From: Camelus ferus
Lineage: Eukaryota
Direction: 5' to 3'
Assembly: GCF_009834535.1 (NCBI RefSeq)
Contig: NC_045697.1
Location: 91,390,001 to 91,454,000 of the forward strand
DNA length: 64,000 bases
Positions 1-12,587 of the stretch are shown piece after piece (within the stretch, counting starts at the first letter, position 1; every line of letters starts with the position of its first letter). A program made the translations under genes and the position numbers. Below the pieces are notes generated by a model that made no database searches, was not told the origin of the DNA, and saw nothing but the letters and a program-made list of their open reading frames with translations.

Positions 1-1202
1 TTCCAACATGGATGGATTCCTTAAGAAAAAGGAAAAAAATGAAAAACAAAAAAGGGATAAAAAGCAAAATAGGTTATATTTTAAAAACAATGGAAAGGCA
101 ATAAGTTGCGATAACCTCTTACCATTGACCAAGGTTACACAGGAAAGAGACTGAAGTGTAATAGGTTTCCTGGAGTCAGAGTTCTAAGCTCTAATTCGTA
201 ACTTGGACTTTCTGATTGCAAATGGCAATAACTAGTAAGTTATCAGCAATAATAAAGTTAGCATTAAATTTGAGTACCATGTTCTGTTTCTGCACTCACT
301 GCAGTGCATTATGTATTAAGACAGTGGATAGTGTTAAGGTCCTGTTTAATTTTCTTTGGAATTCTATGTAGTTGTGACTCAAACTTAAGAGAAGGAAAGT
401 TTAAGTAGCAATGAGATTTAGACATATGGGCACTTGGAACAAGCCCAACTTTCCCTAAATTAGCCCTTAGTTTGTTAGTATCAGTATTCAGATTCCTGAT
501 TCATTTACACATCTGTTTCCATGTGGCAGGGACATTCTGATACTTAATAAATAGTGCTTGAGTTCTGTAGTTAACTTCCAAGTCTTCCAGATGATTGTCA
601 ACAATGAAAATGGCTTACTGAATTCCATCTTGCTATGCAAGTTTTATCAGATGATCAAATAGTAGATCTGATACATCCCCATTGTATGTATGACATGTTC
701 AAACCAAGTCTTAACTTTTCGAATACATTTTAAGCTAATTCAGGGGAGGGGAAAGAATGACCCAGGTTTTTAGATTGACTATTTTTGAGCTATGGGGCTC
801 ATTTTGAAAGATTGTTGTCTAGATAAACTGTCGCTGTAGATATTAGAAGTTTCTTATGAATCCAAGTTGTACATTCACTCACAGCAGAATTGGAAAATCA
901 AATTTTTTGCATATGAGCAAAAACCTTTTGCTGAATACAGAAGGTGGACTCTATCTACAGTTATCTTTTGACTACAGCAACAGCCCTGGATGACAGCAGA
1001 ATATATAGAGGGATAATTTGTCAAGCCATAGAAAGAAAATCTAAATTAATTCTAGTAAGTATATGACCTCTCACCATTATAAGAGGTACCAGATTCATTT
1101 GCACTATTAGGAATGCTAGTTGTGTGCAAAAATAATGCCTTACCTGTTTTTTCCCCACATTTAGGTTGAAAAGCTTTCAAACGTTCCAAGTTATGCTGAA
1201 CC

Positions 1203-1273
1203 AAAAAACAAAACAAAACAAAACAAAAAAATAAAAAAAACCCACACAAAAACAAAACACACAAAAATAAAAA
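1203..1273. repeat. A-rich (AAAAC)n-like simple repeat
   Basis: aaaaaacaaaacaaaacaaaacaaaaaaataaaaaaaacccacacaaaaacaaaacac read directly. Confidence 0.85.
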
Positions 1274-1948
1274 GCCCACACTTTCTATTCCTGCTTTGAA
1301 ATGCAAATGGTACAGAGCACGGTTTCTCTGACAGTGTAATGATAGCTTTGTAAGTTAAGTTAGTTTCATGTCCTGCTGGGAACTCTGTATGAGGTGGCCA
1401 TGAGCGCAACCAGCCCAACCTGCCCACCTGCACTCTGAGTATGGAACCATTTGCTCTTTTCTTCTTTTTCTTTTCTTTTTTTTCCAAAGCTTTATCTTTC
1501 CTTGTGCATCCTGACCAAGAAATATCTTTGATTATGATCAGTGTATTATGTCAAAATGTAGGCTAGTTAAACTTTTGTAAAGTTGCCTGGAATGTCATTT
1601 GTTAGGTTATAAACACAAAATCTAAATGAAGGGTTTTATGTGTTGTGTACAAATCTTAATTATTTTGAAATGGACAAATTTGTCATTACATTTGTAACCT
1701 TGTACAGAGGATTTTTCACTATGTGCCTAGCTTGGTGTCCATTCAGCTAAAATTGAAAAAAAAGGTGCATGAAGAGTTAAAAATCAGAATTAAACAAAGT
1801 ATATGTAGAGATGACTATTTTATATTACATGGCCCAATCCTGTATTTATTTCTACCCCCTTTTTGAAAGTATTTATAAAACTAGTTGAGGACAGCTGTAT
1901 TTTTTGTTGAACTATTTAGTAGAATTTGTGCCTTTTTGTCTGTATGTG

Positions 1949-1954
1949 AATAAA
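1949..1954 (+). promoter_or_regulatory. Polyadenylation signal (AATAAA) of the plus-strand transcript; cleavage probably ~1970-1980
   Basis: tgtatgtgAATAAAtgctgtacattttgca, with several upstream TGTA motifs; repeats (MIR) begin ~300 bp later. Confidence 0.7.
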
Positions 1955-2269
1955 TGCTGTACATTTTGCAGTACATTTTAAAGTGTCTTGAAATCTGCTT
2001 TTGCTGACTATTTAGATGTATATGACTTAGCTGTACACGTATATGCTTACACGACGGCAGCTCCTGTCGACTGTCTCAGCTGAATGAGAACATAAGACCG
2101 AGGAAGAGCACACGTCCTCTGGACTGCTTTCCAGCTCAACTCTGATGGTGAGACCCTGACAAATGATAATGGTTTGATTTTAGTGTTCCCCACCTGAAGT
2201 TCTTTCCAGAATACAATTTTAGATCTGAAAACAACCAGTTGAAACAATTTAGACTTCAAGGTTGGAGAG

Positions 2270-2470
2270 ATGGGGTTTGAAGGCTGAACTATAGTTTACC
2301 AGCCGAGTGACCTTTCCCAAGTCCCCTAGCCTTTAGCAGCCTTAGTCTTACCTTTTGTAAAGAGGATGACATCCACTGACTCCCTGGGGTTGCTGGGGTT
2401 TTTTGAAGCAAGCTCACAGAGCATCTAGCATAAAGCTGTAGTAGGCATTTAGTAAGCGGTAGGCTATTTG
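2270..2470 (+). mobile_element. MIR SINE, decayed
   Basis: gtgacctttcccaagtcccctagcctt...ttttgtaaagagg resembles the MIR core (gtgaccttgggcaagttacttaacctc...ctgtaaaatggg). Confidence 0.6.
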
Positions 2471-3929
2471 TGATTAGGAACAGGACATTAATTTTCCAAC
2501 ATAACGTTGACCGATGAGCCCTCTGATGCAAAAAATGTTATTCCTGAGTGACAAGGTGATTGTACTTAATAAGGTTCTCAAAAACAATCTTTCAAAGAGC
2601 AGTTTCATTAAATGCATTCCTTTGATCACAGAATTCTGAAACATTAGGGCAAAGAAGAGAGATCTTCATTTTTACAAAGAAGACATGTCCAAGATCACAG
2701 CATAAGGCACTGGCAGAACTGGGTCAAGGCCCTAGTTCTAATTTCTAGTTTGGTGTTCTCCCTGCTTGAAACAGTATTTACTCAACCACTACATGCAGAC
2801 ATTAGCATATAATGACATGTACCTTTCTTTGTGTTGGGAACAGCAAAATTAGTTGGTGAGGGTTACATATTCTCATGTGGATTATGATAAACAGGAGCCA
2901 CAGCAGGGTAGTGGTACTGTCCTTAATTTACAATTTAAAAAAATTTGGCCAGTTTTTTTTTTTAATATGAATTCCTCATACATTTGGCTAAAAGGTTGTT
3001 TATTTCTCCTTGTTCCTCCTTAGTGACTATTTACTTTCATGTTGCTTGCTCTGAGTAAGACCCCAGAGAGAAATAACTGTGATTCTTCCTACAAGGTCTT
3101 AAAGTTGAATAACCACAATAGTTCCCTAGGGAAGTAAAAATCCCCAGGAGCTAAAAGAAGGGCCTATCGCTGGCAATTCTGCAACTTGTGATGGGAAATG
3201 TGACACCAGAGACTCATGTTCTGTATTTTTACCCAGATCACTTAGAAAACGGTTCCCACCTTTGAAACATTAGCCATCTGCAGCAAGCTTCACAGTTAAC
3301 TTCAAGGCTGAAATCTTCAATATGATTTCCCTTTAATGCTCAGAACTGCATTGGATGATGTGTTCCAGTCTGGGGCAGAACAGAGCTTTGACTGAAAAAG
3401 AGGGTAAAAGCAAATCTGTTACCTACTTCCTTGACTTGGACCGTTCTCTGTGCTGCTGAGTTTGCTGTCGCTGCAATCCAGCTTTCCCTGGGTTCTACTG
3501 GACTGCCTGCTGGGCATTTCCCCTTGGATATATGCAGGTACTTGAGTTTTGGTTCTCATTCCTTAGCTATATCCTGCTTTGAACCACACCTGAAACCTGG
3601 GAGTTCTTTGTGAGTCTTTTCTTCCTCAACTCCCGCAGCCAAATGGTGCTCTAGGTCTATGTGTTACATGTAATATCTCTTCAGTGTTTTTTTTTCTGCT
3701 TTTCTTAATCCCAGTACCGCTTGCCATATAGTTTATGCCTCATCATTTCTTGCCTGGAATTTGCAGCAGCCTCTTACCTGGTTGCTTTGATTCAAGTCTT
3801 GCTGAAATGAATCCCTCCTAATTAGCTGCAACCTTGCCAACGCTATCTCCATAGTGATAACTTCTACAATAAAAACTGACATTCCACATAGTCATCAGAG
3901 AACCTCCACACTTTTGCAGATAATTACAA

Positions 3930-4110
3930 AGGGCTTATCAAATGGCAAAAGCACTGCTTTGCATTTTATGCATATTAATTCGTTTAAACCTTACAGCATG
4001 TGAGTTTGGTACTATTATCTATTTGCAGATAAAGAAACTGAGGCACAGAAATTAATTTGCTTAAGGTCAGGAGGTGGTAGAGCTGGGACTCTATCCCACC
4101 CAGGCTGTGG
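3930..4110 (-). mobile_element. MIR SINE
   Basis: ttgcagataaagaaactgaggcacaga...ttgcttaaggtca is the reverse-strand MIR core. Confidence 0.75.
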
Positions 4111-5200
4111 CGAGCTCCCTGGGCCCCGCTGCCTCTCAGAACATAAAAAGACGTCACATAAAGCAGTTCATGTGTTTTTAGGTATACTGAGGACTATACA
4201 TGTGAACTTCAGTTCAATGAATTTCTATGAAGTAAAACTATCTTGGCTTAAAATATAATGTTAACGTACTGGCTGAACGGACTACGAATGTACCTGAATG
4301 GCTAATGAGCAATATAGTCAGCCTGTGGTTGATCAGTCCCTGCCTTCCTCTTGGGAGAATGGAATCAGTGTTACACACAGCAGTGTAACAGTGACACTCA
4401 TGCATACACATATTTATAGATACAAAATATATGCATATAAGATCAAAGACAGTAGCACTGCTGTCAGGAACTCAAAGAATAACTTAATTTGCTCTATATC
4501 CTGACACATTGCTTGGAAAGTTGAAGATAATTATTTAAAATCACATAGTTTTGATGATGAATCTCCAAGTAGGACCAGTGTCTTAGGATTTTAAATTGAT
4601 GCTATGTAAAACCTTCAAACCAGTATTTCTGTGATATAACTTATAAGTCTGGTTAGTTTTTACAAATAAGTCAAGCAATGCCAAATTAAATAGTAAAGAT
4701 AAAAGAAAAAAATAATGTGTACTATCATTCCTAATGTATCTCTAATGTATCCTGATAGTCTCACTACTACTTGGCTTATATATGGCTGAGTTTTAAATAG
4801 TACATTTATAATTATGGGTTAATTATTATTTTACCCATTAATTTGGCTGATGGTTCCAATTTCCGGATTATGCCAGTGTGAAACAAAGTGCTTTCCTTTT
4901 CTCACTCATTTTGGCTCTGCTCCAGCTTTACTGTTTCAGTTGTTTGAGCTTCTCTTTTTCATATCAAATGCTTGTGGTCGTATCTTTACCTCAACTAGTC
5001 CCAAATAGTAAAAGTGAGTAAATACCTTTCAAACACTTTGCTTTAAAATACTATGCCTACTTTGACACAGCAAATCATACAATATTCTATCAATAACTTT
5101 ACAATTGCTAAACTCAATTTAACATTATTTTGGTGGTGGATATTTATGTGGTAGATACGACTTTTGGGTGAAACTGTCACCACCTATTAAAGAAATCTGT

Positions 5201-6344
5201 CAATTTTTTTTTGATCTATCTCCTAAAGCAAAGGAAATAAAAACTAATGGGACCTAATTAAACTTAATCTTTTGCATAGCAAAGTAAATCATCAAACCAA
5301 AAAGACAACCTTCTGAATGGGAGAAAATATTTGCAAATGATATAACCAATAAGGGATTAATATCCAACATATATAAACAGCTCATAAAACTCAATATCCA
5401 AAAAACAACCAACCTGATTAAAAAGTGGGCAGAAGAACTGAATAGATGTTTTTCCAAAGAGGAAATGCAGATGGCCAACAGGCACATGAAAACATGCTCA
5501 AAATCGCTAACCATCAGGGAAATGGAAATTAAAACCACAATAAGATACCACCTCACTCCTGTCAGAATGGCCATCGTCAAAAAGAACACAAATTATAAAT
5601 GTTGACAGGGATCTGGAGAAAAGGGAACCTTTGTACACTGTTGCTATGAATGTAAATTGGTACAGTTACTGTGGAAAACAGTATGGAAGTGTCTCAAAAA
5701 AACTAAAAACAACTATCATATGACCCAGCAATTGTACTCCTGGGTATATATCTGAAAAAAACAAAAACACTAATTTGAAAAGATGTATGCACCCCAATGT
5801 TCACAGCAGCATTATTTACAATTGTCCTTGTAAGGAAGCAACCTAAGTGTCCATCAACAGATGAATGGATAAAGAAGATGCGGTGTGTGTACACACACAC
5901 ACACAATGGAACGCTACTCAGCCATAAAAAAGAATGGAATTTTTGTCATTTGCAGAAACATGGATGGACTTGGAGGACATTATGCTAAGTGAAATAAGAG
6001 AAAGACAAATACTATATGATATTACTTATATGTAGAATCTAAAAAAAAATTTAAATGAGTATAACAAAGCAGACTCAGGTATAGAGAACAAACTAGTGGT
6101 TACCTATGGGGAAAGGGAAGGGGGGAGGGGCAATATGGGGGGGATTAAGAGGTACATACCATTACATATAAGATGGGTTACAAGGATATATTGTACAACG
6201 CAATAGATATATAGCCAATATTTTATGATTATAAATGGAATAAAACCTTTAAAATTTTTGAATCACTATATTGTACACCTATAACATAATATTGTACACC
6301 TATAACAATATTGTACATCAAGTATGCTTTAACTAAAAAAAAAA
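5201..6344 (+). mobile_element. 5'-truncated LINE-1 (ORF2 C-terminus, 3' UTR, poly(A))
   Basis: ORF 5797-5988 MFTAALFTI...KCPSTDEWIKKM is the L1 ORF2p C-terminus; G-rich tract 6107-6143; A-tail ~6335-6344; possible decayed TSD aaagaaatctg (5189-5199) / aaagaaatttg (6361-6371). Confidence 0.92.
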
Positions 6345-6959
6345 GCTTTATAAGGCTAATAAAGAAATTTGGAAAACTTCAAAGGGGGTAGCCCACTAAT
6401 TTATATGAGTTCCTTTGCTTAGATCTACATTTTCCATGAAAGTTACCCAACTTTTTAGGTTATGGCCAATTTCCTTTCTAGGTAAAAAAATAACCCAAAT
6501 CCCACTAGATATGAAGATGCTCTTCTTAGGAAGTTTTCTACATAATGCATATAATTTGATAAACAAAAAGGCTTTTGGGTTAGACTCAGAGTCAGAAAAG
6601 GCAAAGAAAGTCTCATTTGCACCTCAGACTCATAGTAAGTTGATGAATGAAAAGGTGAACGTAGAATTTTCCAAATCTATTTTACGTCTGCATTTTCTAT
6701 CAAGAACACAAATACCTGAATTGAAAAGGACAGAACAGACACTGGTAAGGGTTTCCTGAAGTCTAGGATGTGTGAAGCACTTGTATGAGCGCACCTAGCT
6801 GTTTACAGTGAGTTCTGGCCTCCTGACCCAGAGGAAATAAGTCTCAGGGCACTCAGGGAACCTCTCAGTCACTGTCAGCAAATGGGAGAGATGTCAAAAG
6901 CATGAATTCCGCAAACCCTAAGGATGCAATGTTGGCAGTAGAAATCTGGTGTTGGATAG

Positions 6960-7150
6960 ACCTGGTTGGAGAGCTTGCAGTGCCGCTTTTCACCTATGCG
7001 ACCCTGGGGCAGGCGTTTAATTTTTACGATACCTTATACCTTTGGAAAAGGAATGATAACACCCTCCTGGCAGGTTTGTTGGATTAAGTGAGGTAATAAA
7101 TCCAAAATGCTAGAACAATGCCTTGCATATAATAGGTGCTCAATAAATAG
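6960..7150 (+). mobile_element. MIR SINE
   Basis: Ends ...tgctagaacaatgccttgcatataataggtgctcaataaat, the typical MIR 3' end. Confidence 0.7.
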
Positions 7151-7469
7151 ACATTATTAATACAGATCAGCATGCTTATTGTAGATCCAGGGAAAGATTC
7201 TCCAATGGATTCTTTTGGTTATTTGCAGAAAAGGGATCATGACTTCTCATTCTCCTTTATCCCCTAGAGCACAGTTTATATGAAAGGAAATCTTAGTCTC
7301 ATATTTTTAATCTTCACAGACCTAAGTGCTAACAGATTTCCTTATACATCATATTATACTCTAATGCACTTTTAAAAATTCTTTGAATAAAGGATAGAAA
7401 TACTGACTGAGAACTTCCATGATGCCATACTAAAGGACGTTAAGGGTTTTAAGTCAACGTAAAAGGAAC

Positions 7470-8840
7470 AGGCAGTGACTAGGATGCTACACAGATTTAC
7501 TAAGAAGAAATTCATCTAACTTAACTGTCTTCTTGGACAGGATTACTAATTAGGTCTGGGAAGCATGACAGTTGTGATACATGAATTTATGCTAAGCAGA
7601 AGCCTAGGTCTTCCTTGGCATTTCCATGGTGGTATGTAGCAGCAGCAATATGGACTAGACTAAAAACAGGCCAACTGACCATGCCTCATGGGTCCTGGTT
7701 AGTTACTGATTATGGGAGGTTGTGACTGGTGTGCTCTAAGAGACTGACTACTCAGGTCTGTCTAGTTCTCATATTTTCAATGATTTTCATGAAAATATGG
7801 GTGGCATGTTTATCAAGCCTGTAGATGGCATTCACTGTAAATAAAAAATGGTCATGAATGCAAGAAATATAGCAGTAAGGCAAAATGAAACAGATATAGT
7901 TCTTACAGGTAACAAACTGGATGACAGAATTAGGAGCTAAAATGACCTCAGCACCCTGTAATGGTATAATGAAATTTAAAAGGGATAAATGACCAGTCTC
8001 ACCTCTGGGGCAAAGATATGCCTTAGCAGCAAAACCTTCGGAAAATACTTAGGATTTTAGTCAATAACATGCTCAATATCTGTCCAACAGTGTGATTCAA
8101 CTTCCAAAAAAGCTAACATGATTTCAAGTTGCATTATTGGAAGTGTAGACTCTAGAACAGTAATTCTCGTTTTTTTTCCTCATCCTAAGTAACTAATGAG
8201 AAATTATATGTGCATTTCCCTGAAGCACTAATTACAGTAACTCTCAAAGATGCTTCCCTAAAAGTATGTCAGGCTCCTCTTGGGTGGGGTGGGGGGTGGA
8301 TGGAGGGGAAGGCTATGTATTATGAGGCCAAATCCACACCCTAGAGACTAATATGCCGTCCCTCCAGCTCGGGCAGGTATCACCCTTTCCCCATCTCTCT
8401 CAGTTACGATCCAGGATAAGGGAATGAATAGTTTATACCTTGAATATAATGTTTGGTTTTGGGCATAAGACTGATGCATCCCAAGCACACTTGGTGTAAA
8501 GTCAAGTGCTCAAGAAATATCTGCTCAAAGAGTGAAGGAGGATATATGCTTCCAGAGACCAGTGACTGGTTGGCCCGAGGACTCAAAACTAAGTCCTGTG
8601 AGGAAACGGAGATGCCTACTAAGCACAGGGAGAACATGATGATTACTTTTAGCAGGCTAAAGATCTGCCGTATGGAAGATGGTTTAGATTTCCTCTGTTG
8701 CACAAGGTAGAACTAAGGCAGGAGACACACTGCAGTTCAATATGAGGAAGAAATTTCTAATGGTCAAAGCTGTTGGAAAGTAGATTGGGCCACCTCAAGG
8801 GAGAGGAAGCTGCCCCGCCCCATGCCAGTGAATTTCAACA
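7470..8840 (+). mobile_element. L3/CR1-type LINE relic (RT region and 3' part, interrupted)
   Basis: gatttactaagaagaaattcatctaacttaac (GFTK..SC.TNL-like), ggcatgtttatcaagcctgtagatggca (KFADD-like), cagtgtgat...aaaaaagctaacatgat, and 8550-8830 ...atgaggaagaaatttctaatggtcaaagctgtt follow the CR1 order. Confidence 0.7.
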
Positions 8841-10216
8841 GCTGTGCACAGTAACACTGGTTAATTTGTTACTAAAAATAAAGGAGTGAACTTTAAGAAT
8901 GTGTATTTAAAAAGGAATAAACTAGAGCAAATTCAAAGTTATCTCTAACGTCACTCCCATTTGCTTACATTCCAATATCCTTTTGTGTCGAGACACAGAG
9001 TAGAGTTAGAGCTAGTACCCAAGAATGTCTATGGGAGTGTGGAGCAAATGTGAATTTTTCTGGTGAACCCTTGGGCAAGAAGACCACTTACTTAGTGCAG
9101 ACTTTTTCTTGGTAGTTGGGTGGGTGCCAGTAAAAAATTACTTTACTTAAAAATGCCTTTCCAGTCTATGATTTCTGTTATCTAGGCATAAACATATTTT
9201 AGTTCTTCCTTATATAAATATTAATATTGTCACAAAAGCCACACTTTTTTTTAAGGCTTAAGAGGTGGTAAGGGAGGGGTTTCATAGGTAGTACTGGGGT
9301 ACTGCAGTGTCTTTCTCCTCTCTGTACACATATCTGTATGTATATATAAATTTCTAAGTAAACTAAAAAGTTAATCATTATTTTAGATAAAAAGGTTTAT
9401 AAAGAAGCTCATTACAGATTAATTTTGGAAAAATTGATAGAACACATTATGGTTAAAGAACAGAATTTATAATAAAATGTTTAAAAGTGCTTTTTCACTC
9501 TTCCTTGATTTGTCTGAGAGTTGGCTTGGCAGGCTATGCAGCTATGAAATATTCACATTTGCTGAATAAATGAGTGACTAAGTTGTTACTAATGTTCTCC
9601 CATAGTTCTCACACTAGAGGAGAAATCAGAAGATTGTTGGCTGCTCCAATTTGCGTATTTGTATACAAAAGGAAGAAGAGGTAATCACATCTCTTTTCTT
9701 CCTCAGGGAGATACAATAAATAAAGATGAATAAATAAAATGAACTAGCTGTGTTGTCCCCAATTTCAGATTTATAGCATTTCTTTTCTCTTTCCTATTAT
9801 TTTCCCCTATCTCTTAAAATAAAGTTCACAGCAATGATACTCACTGTCTGTGTAAATGAAGTCAAGACTGATCAACAAGAGAAATGTTTCAAAAACTCCA
9901 CTACATTTTTACATTGGAAATCATTAGCTAACAATATTTTCTGGAAGAAAAATAACCATACATATTTAGTTCTGTTGCTAAACATAGCTTAAATCTGTTC
10001 AAATTGAACAGAGATCAGAAAGGCCTATTATCTGCATATTATATCCCTTTCTTGGAGAACATCTAAGTATTCAAGAAAGCCAACTGGAGAGGGGGTTGTT
10101 AATACCAAAATGTAAAGAGTAGGTGCCTATGGCCACAGTTTGGAGGAAGTTTGGTTGGAAGATTTTACCTCAAAGAAGTCAGTCTGGAAAGTGAAACTTT
10201 CTTTTTTGAGAAAGGA

Positions 10217-10603
10217 TACTACTACTTACTACTTACTACTACTTACCACTACTACTACCACTACCACCACCACCACTAATACCACTACTACTACCACTAG
10301 TACTATCAATACTACCACCACTACCACCACCACCACTACCACCACCACCACTACCACCACTACTACTACCACTAGTACTATCACTACTACCACTACTACT
10401 ACTACCACCACCACCACTACTACCACCACTACTACCACCACCACCACTACCACCACCACCACTACCACCACTACTACTACCACTAGTACTATCACTACTA
10501 CCACTACTACTACTACCACCACCACCACTACTACCACCACTACTACCACCACCACTGCTACCACTACTACTACCACTACTACCTCTACTACTACTACTAC
10601 TAC
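10217..10603. repeat. Compound trinucleotide tandem repeat (ACT/ACC)n, ~390 bp
   Basis: Read directly; produces the poly-Thr and poly-Val ORFs in the track. Confidence 0.97.
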
Positions 10604-11094
10604 TTACATTCCATTTGTCTCGAATGTTAGTTTCTGAAGTGCTTTCTCCTTATAGTCTCATTTTTTTGGTCAGATATAATTCTAACATTTTCTCTAATTT
10701 AAAGTTTTAAAAACTAAAATCTATACTCTATAAACATAAATAGGAACATACCTCTTATTACGTAGAAATCAGTCTGGAATGATGGGAAGGAATTCAGAGA
10801 ACCAAATGAAAAAATCTTTAAGAGATGGAAATGCTAAGCGCCTACTACCATTTACTGTCACATCTGTATTATCTGGTCTCATCATTGTACTTGATAGTAG
10901 CAACAATTTGCTGCACCCCCACCCCCAGCTTTTACTAGATCAGATTTTTCCCTCCCTCAGTTTTCATCATATTGGATTTGCTTTGTTACAGCCCTCTTAT
11001 TGCTCCTATTCAATTTCCTCCAAAGACTTCTTCCTGAGGTCATTCAACAAATAAAGACATTTTCTAAGGTCCTGTCTTGATGACTCTTTCAGTT

Positions 11095-11530
11095 TTTGAA
11101 CAAAACAGTTACTGAATACCTTCCATGTGGCAGGAACAGCGCTGACTGCTAAGAGTACAACGATGAATGACAGCAGACATGAGTCCTGCCCTCAAGGATC
11201 CTGCAGTCCATTGGGGAGGAGATGACATTAAAGAAAAAAATTTCAAAAAGAGTTAATTACAGATTTTAGTAAGGACTATAAAGGAAAACATATAGCATAC
11301 ATTAACAGCAATACAACAAGGGGACCTAACCTAGTCTGGTGGCTAGGTAAGGCTCTCTGACACAGTGGTGTCTAAGTAGTAATCTGAAGAATATGCAAAT
11401 GGCCAAGTATGTGCAGAGACCCTGTGTGGGGAGGGAGGATGACGTCATGATGGAAGATGAAGAAGGCCTTCATCAGGGATAGAGCAGAAATGGAGGGGAA
11501 GAGGTAGCTAGCACATCACATAAGGCCCCT
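11095..11530 (-). mobile_element. L2 LINE 3' portion
   Basis: ttactgaataccttccatgtggcaggaacagcgctg...cctgccctcaagg is the reverse-strand L2 3' end pattern. Confidence 0.65.
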
Positions 11531-12307
11531 CAGCAAGCCACTACACTCCATGGCTTCAATTCTCAGCTCCATGCCAAAGACCCATGACTATCTCAATTTG
11601 TTGGTATCAGTCCTAAACCTCTGTGCTAGTTGAATATTTACACATGCATGCTGCTACATCACCTCTAACTCATTAACTCATTGTATTTTCTCTGGACTAC
11701 TACAATGGTCTCCTAACTTGTCCAGATGCAAACCCATCTACTCTAATCACAGAAAGCAGGGTGCACTATGTTCAAACTAGGAGCAGAGAATAATTGAGCA
11801 CATGGATCTATGGAAATCAATAGGACCACAATAGTTTAATGCCCATGCAGTCTCAGAACTTAAGATTCCATTTGATTAATACTGTTTTGAGTAACAGCAA
11901 AAACAAAACAAAACAACCCTACCCACCTCCCTCAAAACCCCAAACAGACCAAAACCTCCCCAAATTCTTAAATATCAATATTTGATAAATACTGCAAATT
12001 GTGTAAGTTAAAAATGAATCACTACAATTATACATTAAAATACATGACAGCATCATTTTAGAAAGTGTGTAATTTATTACATATGAGATCATAATAATAT
12101 GGGTACTTGGGAACTTTAAAAATAAGCTATGAGGAACAATTAGATGCAAAATTCTCAAATCTTGGAAACTGAAATATTGAAATTCTAGCATTTTCTTAAA
12201 ACTCATGATTAGAACAGTTTGAAAATTATTACACTCTTCCAAGGGAAAAAGGAGGAATTAAAAAAAATAGACATGTCGAGGAAGGCAATCAGTTCTTCCC
12301 AATTGGC

Positions 12308-12313
12308 TTTATT
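12308..12313 (-). promoter_or_regulatory. SCLT1: Candidate SCLT1 polyadenylation signal (AATAAA on minus strand)
   Basis: Plus-strand tttatt ~210 nt past the stop codon; ATTAAA variants also lie near 12460 and 11835, so the site used is uncertain. Confidence 0.45.
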
Positions 12314-12524
12314 CTCCACTGAGGCTCAATATAGAATTATATTTTCTTTACTTACAGGAAGCTGTCACTGTTCTGTTTTCCAATAACCCTCAAAACAGAA
12401 TGGAAAATGCTTATGCAAAATGACACAAGCCTTAACCATTCTACGCAGGTTTTACCATTTTAATACACTTCTAGTCCAACAGCTTTCCCAACTCTAAAGT
12501 TCTGGGAGTGAACTATGTATACTT

Positions 12525-12587
12525 TTAAACATTTTCCAGATTCATCATGGAGGCTGCTTTTCTTCTCTGCACTGTAATCACACTGAG
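12525..12587 (-). CDS. SCLT1: SCLT1 last coding exon (LSVITVQRRKAASMMNLENV*)
   Basis: Acceptor tttcaattgcag|CTCAGTGTG; 63 nt in phase 0; TAA at 12525-12527; matches the recalled SCLT1 C-terminus. Confidence 0.93.
   Translation of the reverse strand, partial: LSVITVQRRKAASMMNLENV

Larger units (their letters stand above)
1..1975 (+). other. JADE1: Distal 3' UTR of a plus-strand gene convergent with SCLT1, probably JADE1 (PHF17)
   Basis: About 2 kb with no recognisable interspersed repeat, U-rich, many TGTA motifs, ending in AATAAA (1949-1954) with T/GT-rich sequence downstream. No coding exon is in the window, so identity rests on the known tail-to-tail JADE1/SCLT1 arrangement in mammals. 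Confidence 0.7.

Noticed and set aside
1052..1487. Hydrophobic minus-strand ORFs resembling membrane peptides
   Set aside because: Translations of A-rich and T-rich simple repeats in the 3' UTR.
5254..5988. Recurrent similar ORFs (also 36489-37324, 44826-45008, 57014-58304) suggesting a gene family
   Set aside because: Sense and antisense translations of L1 ORF2 C-terminus and 3' UTR copies.
8282..8308. G-quadruplex-like run (also 6107-6143)
   Set aside because: Short isolated G-runs; the 6.1 kb one is the ordinary L1 3' UTR purine tract and no functional context is visible.
10140..10637. 165-aa poly-Thr (mucin-like) ORF and antisense poly-Val ORF
   Set aside because: Both arise from a stop-free trinucleotide repeat; the plus ORF starts at TTG, not ATG, and has no signal peptide or supporting gene structure.
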